NCBI RefSeq assembly: GCF_000018305.1
Contig: NC_009954.1
Location: 750,001 to 782,000, forward strand
DNA length: 32,000 bases
Source: Caldivirga maquilingensis IC-167
GTDB lineage: Archaea; Thermoproteota; Thermoprotei; Thermoproteales; Thermocladiaceae
Reading direction: 5' to 3'
This document shows positions 16,694 through 25,651 of this stretch, in pieces (positions within the stretch are counted from its first letter, which is position 1; every line of letters starts with the position of its first letter). The notes under the pieces were generated by a model. That model ran no database searches. It saw only the letters and a list, made by a program, of their open reading frames with translations, and had not been told where the DNA came from. The translations under genes and the position numbers were made by a program.

Positions 16694-17278
16694 TTAAACC
16701 CCACAGCCAACCCTAGGGATCCTGCTCCTAATTAATATAGTTGCAGCTATAGCCCATGCATCAATTATTACTATACCGTAAGTCTCAAGAATAGCGGTTG
16801 AAGGCCATTTAATTAACAGAGCCGGTATGGGGGCTATTAAGCCAAGTAGCAGCAGTGGGATACCGTAATTAAGTCTCCTCCCCACTATTAGGCCAATGCT
16901 CCAAGTCACAACAGCTAAATCCATTTGAGTGAAGAACCATTCAGAAACAAAGGTGTGGGGATAGGTTCCCTCATGAAAAATACCTATTAGCGCGAGGAAG
17001 ATTGAGGCAATGGTGACGAATGATGACCCCATTGCCTCAACCTTATTTTCAGAAACAAACAGTAAGTAGAGTGAGAACAACAGCATTAAGGTGGCCGTTA
17101 AGACTAAGCCGTAGTTATATAGCCAGTAGTAATTAGCGTGGGGATTACCTAAATCACTTAAGGCATTACTAAACATGTTGAACCAGGGATTAAGACTAAT
17201 GCTAGTTAATATTATTACCCAAGCCAATACTGCAGCTGCAATACCCATGTATGTTAAGATTTTACTCACTAAAGCCAT
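16694..17278 (-). CDS. integral membrane protein (DUF998-like)
   Basis: 194 aa with about six TM segments. The block NPWFNMFSNALSDLG resembles the DUF998 family. This assignment is tentative. Confidence 0.6.
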   Translation of the reverse strand: MALVSKILTYMGIAAAVLAWVIILTSISLNPWFNMFSNALSDLGNPHANYYWLYNYGLVLTATLMLLFSLYLLFVSENKVEAMGSSFVTIASIFLALIGIFHEGTYPHTFVSEWFFTQMDLAVVTWSIGLIVGRRLNYGIPLLLLGLIAPIPALLIKWPSTAILETYGIVIIDAWAIAATILIRSRIPRVGCGV

Positions 17279-17478
17279 ATAAGCCTACTATAGCTTTATG
17301 CTTAAAAGTATTAATGAGTCAATGCATTAATGAAATATAAGAAGACCCCCTTAAACGCCACTAAACTGGAGACTCGGAACTCAGACCTACCATGAATAAT
17401 AAGCCTCGGGTACATCACTACGGTACTTCAACGAGGACCCAAAGCTTAAATAGCCACACTTCAGGTAAGCCAACAATA

Positions 17479-17586
17479 GGGGCCGTAGTCTAGCCTGGCT
17501 AGGATGCCGGCCTGGGGGGCCACCCCCGTATTGAAATTGACCCGGTGCGCCGGTGATCCCGGGTTCAAGTCCCGGCGGCCCCACCA
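17479..17586 (+). tRNA. tRNA-Pro (GGG) with an intron of about 30 nt at the canonical 37/38 position, CCA encoded
   Basis: GGGGCCG UA GUCU AGCCUGGCUA GGAU G CCGGC CU-GGG-G [intron about 17518-17547] C GCCGG UGAUC CCGGG UUCAAGU CCCGG CGGCCCC A CCA. Promoter CAAAGC-TTAAATA lies at about -30. The exact intron borders are ambiguous within a G run. Confidence 0.9.
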
Positions 17587-17675
17587 ATTATTGATCCCGG
17601 TAATGGTTCAGTTTCAAGCATGTTCCTACATTGATTAATCGCAGTCTTTAAATAAGCTTGCTTCATGGGTAGCGT

Positions 17676-18230
17676 ATGTTTGAGGTTGAGGTTAAGTTTA
17701 GGGTAAGTGATGTGAATGATATTGTGGGTAAGTTAAGGAGTTTCGCCACCTACGTGGGTAACGATGTTGAGGAGGATCATTACTTTAATCATCCCTGCAG
17801 GGATTTTGCAACTACTGATGAGGCTATTAGGGTTAGGTTATATGGGTCAGGTAAAGTAACTGTTACGTATAAGGGACCTAGATTAAGTGGTGAGGGTAAG
17901 GTTAGGGTTGAGTATAATATTGATGTTGACTCAGCCAGCAATACCATAGGGGTCTTGAAGGCGCTTGGCTTTAGGGAGATTGCGGTTATTAGGAAGGAGA
18001 GAGCTGAGTACACTTACGGTAATTACACAATCTACGTGGATAAGGTTAATGAACTAGGGGACTTCCTTGAAATCGAAACCCTAACTAATGATCAAGGCAT
18101 GGTAGGTGAATTAGTGAAGAATATTATGGGTTTTGCACGGAGGAACCTTGGTATTAAGGAAGATTCCGTGGAGCCTAAAACATACCTGGAACTTATTCTA
18201 AGTAAGGGGCAAGCGAGGGGGAATGAATAG
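17676..18230 (+). CDS. CYTH-domain protein (CyaB-like class IV adenylyl cyclase / triphosphate tunnel metalloenzyme)
   Basis: The N-terminus is MFEVEVKFRV (ExExK motif). It is followed by ...DHYFNHP......EAIRVRL..., then a C-terminal GDFLEIE block. Confidence 0.8.
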   Translation: MFEVEVKFRVSDVNDIVGKLRSFATYVGNDVEEDHYFNHPCRDFATTDEAIRVRLYGSGKVTVTYKGPRLSGEGKVRVEYNIDVDSASNTIGVLKALGFREIAVIRKERAEYTYGNYTIYVDKVNELGDFLEIETLTNDQGMVGELVKNIMGFARRNLGIKEDSVEPKTYLELILSKGQARGNE

Positions 18231-19419
18231 GAATGTTAAGGCTCTTGTGGCTTCAAGGATTATTAGAAGCTTCTCCTTCGGGTACTTATCATTCATAATA
18301 CCTCTTTACCTGAAGTCCATAGGCTTCAACCCAGTGTTAATAGGGTTATACTTCATGATTAATGCAATCTCCTCATCACTACTAGTATTGGCGGCTGGTT
18401 TCCTAGGGGATCTTTATGGTAGGAGGGATACACTCATAGCTATGTCATCCTTATTCACAGCATCAATGCTGGTTTATAGTACTACGGTAAATAGGTTAGC
18501 GATATTCGCAACCTCAATACTAGGCACCACAGGGGGTGGTGGCCCTGGGGGAGGCGCTGGTGGTGGCCCAGTTACACCGCTTCAAACCTCATTACTAGCT
18601 GATAATACGAGTCCAGTTGAAAGAACTAGGGTTTATAGCATAACCACTGCCGCATCAACTGCATCATCACTGGCTGGTGCAGCGTCATCATACCTATTCC
18701 TCAGTATGGGTTTAGGGGACTTATTCCTATTTAGGTTATCCGCGGTGCTTAGTGCATTATCCCTACTGGTCTTATTAATGGTGAGTAGGGATAAGGGGAG
18801 GATTAGGGTTGATTCAATAAGTCAAATAATCCCAAGAAGATCAAGTGGCTCAGTGGTTAAGATTGCGATTGCCGGTTCCTTGGGTAGCCTTGGATTAGGT
18901 ATGGTTACTCCGCTTCTTCCACTCTGGTTTAAGCTTTACCTGCACGCCACTGAGCTTGACGTAAACATGATTTACATGGCATCATACTTAGTTTCAATGG
19001 TTTCCACACTGCTGGCTGATAGGGTGGAGAGAGTGATGGGTAGGGTTAAGGCTATATCAGTGCTTAGGGCTGTTTCAGTGGGCTTATTCATAGTAATGGC
19101 GGTAACACCCAGTTTAATAATAGATTCGGTACTTTACATAATTAGGGTGGCGCTTTACATGGTTACCATACCCATGAGGCAGTCCTTATCCATGGAGGTT
19201 ATAACCAGTGATGAGAGGGCTAGGGGATTATCCATAACCGGCTTAGCCAGGAGGCTACCCTATAGTTTAGGTAGTTTCATAGCTGGTGTAATGATGAATT
19301 CAGCATTATTCGCATTATCAATGATAACCGGAGGCTTAGTATCAATGCTTGATCCACTGCTTTACTACATATTCTTTAGGTCACTTGGAGTGAGGAGTAG
19401 GGATCGTGTTAATGATTAA
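18223..19419 (+). CDS. MFS transporter
   Basis: 398 aa with about 12 TM segments. The motif GFLGDLYGRRD (the D-R-x-G-R-R type loop) follows TM2. The gene overlaps the CYTH gene by 8 nt. Confidence 0.8.
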   Translation: MNRNVKALVASRIIRSFSFGYLSFIIPLYLKSIGFNPVLIGLYFMINAISSSLLVLAAGFLGDLYGRRDTLIAMSSLFTASMLVYSTTVNRLAIFATSILGTTGGGGPGGGAGGGPVTPLQTSLLADNTSPVERTRVYSITTAASTASSLAGAASSYLFLSMGLGDLFLFRLSAVLSALSLLVLLMVSRDKGRIRVDSISQIIPRRSSGSVVKIAIAGSLGSLGLGMVTPLLPLWFKLYLHATELDVNMIYMASYLVSMVSTLLADRVERVMGRVKAISVLRAVSVGLFIVMAVTPSLIIDSVLYIIRVALYMVTIPMRQSLSMEVITSDERARGLSITGLARRLPYSLGSFIAGVMMNSALFALSMITGGLVSMLDPLLYYIFFRSLGVRSRDRVND

Positions 19420-19455
19420 TGAACCGGTTCAAACCCTGCGTTAAGGTACGTGGAT

Positions 19456-20172
19456 TTACTTAAGCATTCTAGCCACAGCCTCCTCAATTCTCTCCCCGGG
19501 CTTAACTAGGTTCATTAATTCACTGATGCTGCCTTCCCAAATTAATCTACCCCTATTAATCATGATTACCCTATTAGCTAACCTCTCAGCAACAGTCATT
19601 ATGTGGGTGGATATTAACATAGTGGTGCCGTTCCTCCTCATGCTTAATAATAATTCAATAACGTTCTCCTGGGTTGGAATATCAAGGTAATTTAAGGGTT
19701 CATCAAGGAGGAGTACCTTAGGCCTATGAATAATAGCCATGGCTAAGGCAACCCTCTGCCTATTACCCCTTGATAATGATGCTGGTTGAGCATTCATTAA
19801 ACCATCTAAGCCTAGGGCTTGGGAAACCCACTCCACAGCATCCTTAACATTACTTAACCCCCTCACTAAACCCACGTACTCTAGGTTCTCCCTAACCGTT
19901 AAGTTCATGAATGGTGCAGCATCCTCAGGTAGGTAACCTAGGCAGGCCTTAGTTAACCTAGGTTCCTTAATAGTATTAAAACCACATACCCTAACTATTC
20001 CTGAGTCTGGTTTAAGGAGCCCTGCAATAATCCTCATTGTGGTTGTCTTACCAGCCCCATTTGGCCCAAGGAGGGCTGCTGAATCACTACACTCCACGCC
20101 GAATGATAATCCATCCAGGGCCCTTACCCCATTAAAGGACTTCACTAAGCCCTCAACATCTATGCACTTCAC
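19456..20172 (-). CDS. ABC transporter ATP-binding protein
   Basis: Walker A GPNGAGKTT, signature LSRGNRQR and Walker B LLLDEP are present. No permease gene is adjacent. Confidence 0.85.
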   Translation of the reverse strand: MKCIDVEGLVKSFNGVRALDGLSFGVECSDSAALLGPNGAGKTTTMRIIAGLLKPDSGIVRVCGFNTIKEPRLTKACLGYLPEDAAPFMNLTVRENLEYVGLVRGLSNVKDAVEWVSQALGLDGLMNAQPASLSRGNRQRVALAMAIIHRPKVLLLDEPLNYLDIPTQENVIELLLSMRRNGTTMLISTHIMTVAERLANRVIMINRGRLIWEGSISELMNLVKPGERIEEAVARMLK

Positions 20173-20250
20173 AGGCAGTACTCATGAGTATTGTTAAATA
20201 CTTACCGCGCGGCATGGGGAATGCTTAATTTACCCCCAATACCCCTATCC

Positions 20251-20306
20251 CCTAGTGATGAGCACGCTGGTATATGATGAGTGATTAGGGTCAGAGATTC
20301 TGATTA
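20251..20306 (+). ncRNA. candidate C/D box sRNA
   Basis: C GTGATGA 20255-20261. 12-nt guide GCACGCTGGTAT. D' ATGA 20274-20277. 3-nt loop. C' GTGATTA 20281-20287. 12-nt guide GGGTCAGAGATT. D CTGA 20300-20303. TATA TTAATTTA lies at -30..-23. Confidence 0.65.
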
Positions 20307-20370
20307 ATTTAGTAATCATTTAGGGTTAAGAAGAGTGCAAAGCAATAAAAACCAAGGGCCTGGACCAATT

Positions 20371-22185
20371 ATGAAAATGCCAACTAGAATAGCTGTGGTT
20401 GATAAGGATCTTTGCCAACCTAGGAAGTGTAGCCAGGAGTGCATTAGATTCTGCCCAGTGGTTAGGACAGGTAAGAGGGCCATATACTTCGATGAGCAAC
20501 TTAATAGACCAGTTATAACTGACCTATGCACCGCCTGCGGCATCTGCGTGAGGAAGTGCCCCTTCGAGGCAATAACAATAATTAACCTACCCTCTGAGCT
20601 TGATGAGCATTGTGTTCACCAGTATGGACCAAGTGGCTTCAAGTTATTTAAATTACCCATGCTTAAGCAGGGTAAGGTAATTGGTGTAATTGGTCAAAAT
20701 GCCCTCGGTAAGACAACAATAGCCAATATACTCGCCGGCTCAATAATACCTAACCTATGCTCAGGCAATGGTAGTAAAGATGAAGTGGTAAGGAGGTTCA
20801 GGGGCACTGAGCTTCAAACATACTTCACTAGGCTTTACGGTAATAGGCTTAGGGTTGTTCATAAGACGCAGTACATTGAGTTAATACCCATGGTGATTAA
20901 GGGTAAGGTTAAGGAGGCTTTAATGAGGATTAATGGGGATGAAAGCAAAGTGCTGGAAGTAGCCGGTAAGCTTAATTTAACTCATCTACTTAATAGGGAT
21001 ATCAATGTCCTCAGCGGTGGGGAGTTACAGAGATTAGCCATTGCCGCCGCCATCCTTAGGGGTGGGGATGTTTACATCTTCGATGAACCCACAACCCACT
21101 TAGATATTACGGAGAGGCTTAGGGTGGCTAAGGCCATTAGTGAATTAACTTCAGGCAATAGGTATGTCCTGATAATTGACCATGACCTAGCAGTATTAGA
21201 TTACTTAGCGGATCTAGTGGTGATACTTTACGGTAAGCCTGGGGCCTATGGAATAGTTTCAAGTATTAAGGGGGCTAAGGAGGGGATTAATGAATACCTT
21301 AAAGGCTACTTAGCAAGTGAAAACATGTTAATTAGGAGGGAGGCAATAACCTTTAAGTCAACTCCACCACCAAGGGAAGTTAGGAAGGAGAGGGTTTTAG
21401 TGGAGTGGAGTGATGTGGTTAAGAACCTTGGTGACTTTAAGTTAATTGCCCGGTCAGGTCAATTAATGAGGGGTGAGGTTGTTGGTGTACTTGGGCCTAA
21501 TGGTATTGGTAAAACCACCTTCGCCAGGATACTGGTGGGTGAGCTTCAACCAGATGAGGGTGTGGTAATGCCTTATGGTGTAGTCAGGATAAGTTATAAG
21601 CCCCAGTATATAAGGGATATTGCAGTTAAGTACCCTGAGTTAACCGTCTCCTCAATAATAGGTAAGGTGGCTGGGGTTGATTATAGGGAGAAGCCTCATT
21701 GGCCTGACTTAGCCAATGGCCTACTTTTAACACCAATAATGGATAAGAGTCTCAGGGAGTTAAGTGGTGGTGAGCTTCAGAGGGTTATGATTGCCGCAGC
21801 CCTACTTAAGGATGCTGAATTATACGTGCTTGATGAGCCAATGGCTTACCTAGACATTGAGCAGAGGATTAAGACGGCTAGGGTTATTGCAAGGTTAGCT
21901 GAGGAGAAGGAGGCCACAGTACTCTTCATTGAGCATGACGTAACAATGCTTGATTACGTGAGTTCATCAGTAATGGTGTTTGAGGGTGAGCCAGGTAAAT
22001 TAGGTACAGCTAATCCACCCATTGATTTAAGGAAGGGTATGAATATTTTCTTCAAGGCGCAGGACATAACATTCAGGAGGGATGCGCATAATGGTAGGCC
22101 TAGGATCAATAAGAAGGATTCAGTAATGGATAGAATTCAAAGGGAGATTGGTGAATACTACTATTACGTTACCGAGAAGGAGTAG
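20371..22185 (+). CDS. abce1: ABCE1 / RNase L inhibitor homolog (ribosome recycling ATPase)
   Basis: The N-terminus has two 4Fe-4S cluster motifs (CQPRKCSQECIRFCP and CTACGICVRKCP). Two ABC cassettes follow. I favour ATG 20371 because a TATA box AATAAAAA lies about 25 nt upstream. The track start at 20335 is a GTG. Confidence 0.9.
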   Translation: MKMPTRIAVVDKDLCQPRKCSQECIRFCPVVRTGKRAIYFDEQLNRPVITDLCTACGICVRKCPFEAITIINLPSELDEHCVHQYGPSGFKLFKLPMLKQGKVIGVIGQNALGKTTIANILAGSIIPNLCSGNGSKDEVVRRFRGTELQTYFTRLYGNRLRVVHKTQYIELIPMVIKGKVKEALMRINGDESKVLEVAGKLNLTHLLNRDINVLSGGELQRLAIAAAILRGGDVYIFDEPTTHLDITERLRVAKAISELTSGNRYVLIIDHDLAVLDYLADLVVILYGKPGAYGIVSSIKGAKEGINEYLKGYLASENMLIRREAITFKSTPPPREVRKERVLVEWSDVVKNLGDFKLIARSGQLMRGEVVGVLGPNGIGKTTFARILVGELQPDEGVVMPYGVVRISYKPQYIRDIAVKYPELTVSSIIGKVAGVDYREKPHWPDLANGLLLTPIMDKSLRELSGGELQRVMIAAALLKDAELYVLDEPMAYLDIEQRIKTARVIARLAEEKEATVLFIEHDVTMLDYVSSSVMVFEGEPGKLGTANPPIDLRKGMNIFFKAQDITFRRDAHNGRPRINKKDSVMDRIQREIGEYYYYVTEKE

Positions 22186-22344
22186 GTAATGAATCCTTAA
22201 GCATACTGAGCATTGTGTTAACAATACTGATGACACCAGTAATATTAATCAAACTCCTTAAATGAAGACTGAGCATCACCAGCATTAAGTAAACTTAGGG
22301 AATTATGCCTTAAGTATTATAAATAAACTCAATTACCCCCTTGC

Positions 22345-22896
22345 GTGAATAAGCAGCCGGTGGCTTTAATTCATGGTTCAAGGGATTCTGAGTATGTTAG
22401 TGATGTTGATTCATTTTTTAAAAGAATCGGCATTAGTTACATCTTTCTTTTGGAGCATCATGAAGGCATCATACCTGAATCATTCCCACTCTTCCTTAAC
22501 TGGGGTAGGGATTATGAGAGGGCGTTAAGGTTCGCTGGCCATAGGCTTAACCCATTGCTAGGTATTGAGGAATTCATTAATGGGCTTAAGGGGCGTTTAC
22601 CTAAAACAATAATAATTCACGGATCCAGTGACACGGAGGCCCTTAGGGGTGTTGAAGCACTTAGGAATGCAGGCTTTGAGGTTAGGTTTCTCCTAGGTGA
22701 ACCCAGCGTGTACTCTATGGAATGTCCAAGTGAGGCTTACTTACTATTCCTATTTAAGGGGGTTATTGTTAAGAGGGCTGCAGAGACTATTAAGGTTAAA
22801 TGCCCCTTAATTAAATTAAACGGCCCCTTATCCTCAGAGCCCTGGTTCCCAAGCCTCGTCCTTAGGGTTCTTAAGTCCTCTGGGCTCCTAGACTGA
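22345..22896 (+). CDS. hypothetical protein with two internal HGS-type repeats (possibly CbiX/SirB-like chelatase fold)
   Basis: ALIHGSRDSE near the N-terminus and IIIHGSSDTE near residue 90 resemble the xxGHGSR motif of CbiX-type chelatases. The rest is too divergent for me to be sure. The start is GTG. Confidence 0.4.
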   Translation: MNKQPVALIHGSRDSEYVSDVDSFFKRIGISYIFLLEHHEGIIPESFPLFLNWGRDYERALRFAGHRLNPLLGIEEFINGLKGRLPKTIIIHGSSDTEALRGVEALRNAGFEVRFLLGEPSVYSMECPSEAYLLFLFKGVIVKRAAETIKVKCPLIKLNGPLSSEPWFPSLVLRVLKSSGLLD

Positions 22897-23263
22897 AGGG
22901 CCTTGGTAAGAGTTCACTCAACTTAAACCTCTTAATGCCGCCTCGTGAAGCCACATAAACCTCCTCAACATTAAACTCAGCCATAACCTGTAGACAGGCG
23001 CCACAGGGGTATATTTCATCACGGTTAGAAACCACAACCACAGCCTTAATCCTCCTATAACCCTCTGTGACTGCCCTAAATACTGCAACCCTTTCAGCAC
23101 ATATTGTTAAGCCGTATGAGGAGTTCTCAACATTAACCCCTGGGAACATTTTACCATCACTTGTTATCGCAACTGCAGCAACCTTAATACCTGAGTAGGG
23201 TGAGTATGAGTTACTTAAGTATGATTCAGCCAACTGAATAGCCCTATTAACCTCCTCATCCAT
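22871..23263 (-). CDS. cdd: cytidine deaminase
   Basis: Zinc-ligand motifs CAERVA and PCGACLQVM are present. Length is 130 aa. Confidence 0.9.
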   Translation of the reverse strand: MDEEVNRAIQLAESYLSNSYSPYSGIKVAAVAITSDGKMFPGVNVENSSYGLTICAERVAVFRAVTEGYRRIKAVVVVSNRDEIYPCGACLQVMAEFNVEEVYVASRGGIKRFKLSELLPRPFSLGAQRT

Positions 23264-23300
23264 GTTTACTTTAAATCAAGTGAGTTTTTAAATGTAGTAA

Positions 23301-24223
23301 TCACTGTAGTTCAATACCCTTGGTTTCACTTGATAGTAATGCTGATGCAAGTATCATGACTTCACCAATTATTATAAACAAACCCCAGTATACGTAGAAG
23401 CTTGGATTACTTATTGCTGAAACCAGCAGCAGGAACACCGTACTCCAGTTACCTAAAATGAAGCCTCCATTAAATGAGAAACCAACTCCAGTACTCCTCA
23501 CATCTGTTTGAAACTTCTCAGATAGGTAAGCGGGTATAACACCATATATTCCCGTGGTTAAGAAGGCAAGTAGGCTAGCTAAGGTCATTGTACCGTAGAA
23601 GCCGTACGCATGCTTAAGTATCAGGTACGTTAATGGTATGGCTAAGGCTATTGCAGTAGCTGAGAACACCACCATTGTTACCCTCCTCCCAATTACATCA
23701 CTAGTGAAGCCTGAGGTTAAGTAACCTAGTAGTGATACTAATATTACTACGTAGAGGAAGTATGGGAACTTAGTGAAATTATGGTACGATAACACCGTCG
23801 GGTAGAAGCCGAGTGTTAACCCATAAACCCAAGCTATACCCGTCATGGCTAATACATCGGTTAAGGCACCAAGTCTATAGGCTGGGTTCCTGAGTATTGT
23901 AGTGAAGGGTGCCTTATTAATACCCCTCTCCTTACTAACCCCCTCCCACATTGCTGACTCAGGCATTGAAAGTCTCACAATTAAGTCTATTAACGCAGGA
24001 ATTATGCCTATCCAGAACATCCACCTCCACCCAAGCTCCGTGAAGGATGAACTTGGAATAACGTAGTGTAATCCCAAGTAAACTAAGGCAGCAATGGTAT
24101 ATCCTATTGGGTAACCGCTTTGAAGCGAAGCTCCACATACCTCCCCCTATTAACTGACTCAACGAGAAATGAACCTAAGTAAACCCTTCTAGTTAAGGTA
24201 ATCTCCCCAATTTGATTGCTCAT
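23301..24223 (-). pseudogene. MFS transporter, 5'-truncated and frameshifted
   Basis: The main frame (TTG 24077) starts mid-protein at ...GWRWMFWIGIIPAL...MPESAMW, followed by 6 TM segments. The upstream frame from ATG 24223 gives ...YLGSFLVESVNRGRY. This joins to GASLQSGYPIGYTIAALVYLGL only via a frameshift near 24138. There is no room for TM1-3 before the rpiA promoter. Confidence 0.6.
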
Positions 24224-24353
24224 GGTGAGTCCTTGCTTGAATTATTTTAAAGCCTTTTGGAGTAATTTCCTAACAGTCATGAGTTATGAATAAAGCACAA
24301 TGTTCATCATTATTTAGGCCTCTACTTTAAAAACCTAAGGTAATGTTCCTTGC

Positions 24354-25043
24354 ATGGATCCGAAGTTAGCGGCGGCTAAGGCTGCACTTAAGTATGTTAG
24401 GAGTGGGTACGTGATTGGTGTTGGTTCAGGTTCCACGGCTCTAATGTTCCTGAGTGAATTAGCCGAGAATATTGAGGGAGGTGGGTTAACTGATGTTAAG
24501 CTTATTGCCACTTCAACTGAGACTGAGTATGAGATTGTTAAGCTTGGTCTCGGTGAATTACTTAGGTATCCTTGGCAGGTGGATCATGTTGATGTGGCTA
24601 TTGATGGGGCTGATGAAGTTGATAAGGATAAGAACCTGGTTAAGGGTGGTGGGGGTGCGTTAACTAGGGAGAAGATAATTGATTACTGGGCCAGTGAATT
24701 CATAGTAATAGTTGATGAATCTAAACTGGTGGATAAAATACCCAGTAAGCATCCGATACCAGTGGAGGTTGTGCCGTATGCGTGGCCATTGGTTAAGGCT
24801 AGGCTTGAGAGGGATTACGGTGGCTCAGCGGAGTTAAGGTACTCCTCAGGGAAGAGGGGGCCGGTTATTACTGATAACGGGAATTACATCATTGATTACA
24901 GGCCTGGGTCAGGAATAGAGCCTAGGGAGGGTGAGAGGGTGATTAAATGTATCCCAGGTGTTGTTGAGGTTGGCTTATTTAATGGGCTTAAGGTGTCCAG
25001 GGTGATTGTGGGTAAACAGGATGGTTCAGTTAATGAATTTTAA
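24354..25043 (+). CDS. rpiA: ribose-5-phosphate isomerase A
   Basis: The blocks GVGSGST, DGADEVD and LVKGGGGALTREKI are canonical RpiA. Confidence 0.9.
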   Translation: MDPKLAAAKAALKYVRSGYVIGVGSGSTALMFLSELAENIEGGGLTDVKLIATSTETEYEIVKLGLGELLRYPWQVDHVDVAIDGADEVDKDKNLVKGGGGALTREKIIDYWASEFIVIVDESKLVDKIPSKHPIPVEVVPYAWPLVKARLERDYGGSAELRYSSGKRGPVITDNGNYIIDYRPGSGIEPREGERVIKCIPGVVEVGLFNGLKVSRVIVGKQDGSVNEF

Positions 25044-25090
25044 GTTGAAGCTAACCGTATAGTTAAATACCGGTCACTGAATGTAAGTCT

Positions 25091-25651
25091 ATGAGGAGGG
25101 TTGTGGTAGCTGTAACAGGGGCCTCGGGTGTGGTGTATGGTCTTAGGCTTCTTGAATCCCTTAGAAGTATTAATGATGTGGAGGTTCACCTAGTTGTCTC
25201 TAAATCCGCTTCAAAGGTTCTTCAACATGAGTTGGGGTTAAGCATAGATGACTTGGTTAAGCTAGCTCACAGGACTTATGATGAGGGGGAGCTTGATGCC
25301 CCAATAGCCAGTGGTTCATTCAACTTTCAAGCAATGGCAATAGCACCCTGTTCAATGAAGACCCTTGCAGCTATAGCCCACGGCTACACGTCTAATCTAA
25401 TAACAAGGGCAGCTGACGTCGCCCTTAAGGAGAGGAGGAGGTTAGTATTACTGATTAGGGAAGCCCCCTATAGTTTAATTCACATTAGAAACATGGAATT
25501 AGTCACCCAGGCTGGGGCAATAGTAATGCCTGCTAGCCCACCATTCTATGGTAAACCAAGGACAATAGATGACTTAATCAATGCAGTGGTTGGTAGGGTT
25601 ATGGCCCTCATGGGTATTGAGAATAACATTTACCCAGTATGGGGCGGTTAA
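25091..25651 (+). CDS. ubiX: flavin prenyltransferase UbiX
   Basis: The sequence contains [53 protein letters not shown] and a further REAP block. Confidence 0.9.
   Translation: MRRVVVAVTGASGVVYGLRLLESLRSINDVEVHLVVSKSASKVLQHELGLSIDDLVKLAHRTYDEGELDAPIASGSFNFQAMAIAPCSMKTLAAIAHGYTSNLITRAADVALKERRRLVLLIREAPYSLIHIRNMELVTQAGAIVMPASPPFYGKPRTIDDLINAVVGRVMALMGIENNIYPVWGG

Noticed and set aside
17381-17418. C/D-like motif on the minus strand upstream of tRNA-Pro (GTGATGT ... 27 nt ... CTGA)
   Set aside because: The unit is only 38 nt from C to D, with no credible D'/C' pair and no 12-nt spacing. It is too short for a typical archaeal C/D sRNA.
17387-17587. 66-aa minus-strand ORF from the track
   Set aside because: It lies antisense over tRNA-Pro and its promoter. 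Its G/P-rich translation is an artefact of the GC-rich tRNA.
18525-18580. GC-rich island inside the MFS gene as a hidden RNA gene
   Set aside because: It is in frame and encodes a Gly/Pro-rich loop (GTTGGGGPGGGAGGGPVTP). It has no tRNA- or sRNA-like structure or promoter, so it is low-complexity coding sequence.
19456-20172. ABC ATPase without an adjacent permease as an unusual orphan system
   Set aside because: Monocistronic ABC ATPases with partners elsewhere are common. Nothing in the sequence itself is aberrant.
22186-22344. Several UGAUGA/CUGA-like boxes after the ABCE1 stop (CTGATGA at about 22231, AATGAAGA-CTGA, and a GTGATGC on the minus strand)
   Set aside because: No arrangement on either strand gives C-12-D'...C'-12-D. 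One C'-like box is directly fused to CTGA with no guide, and the minus-strand version lacks a D box.
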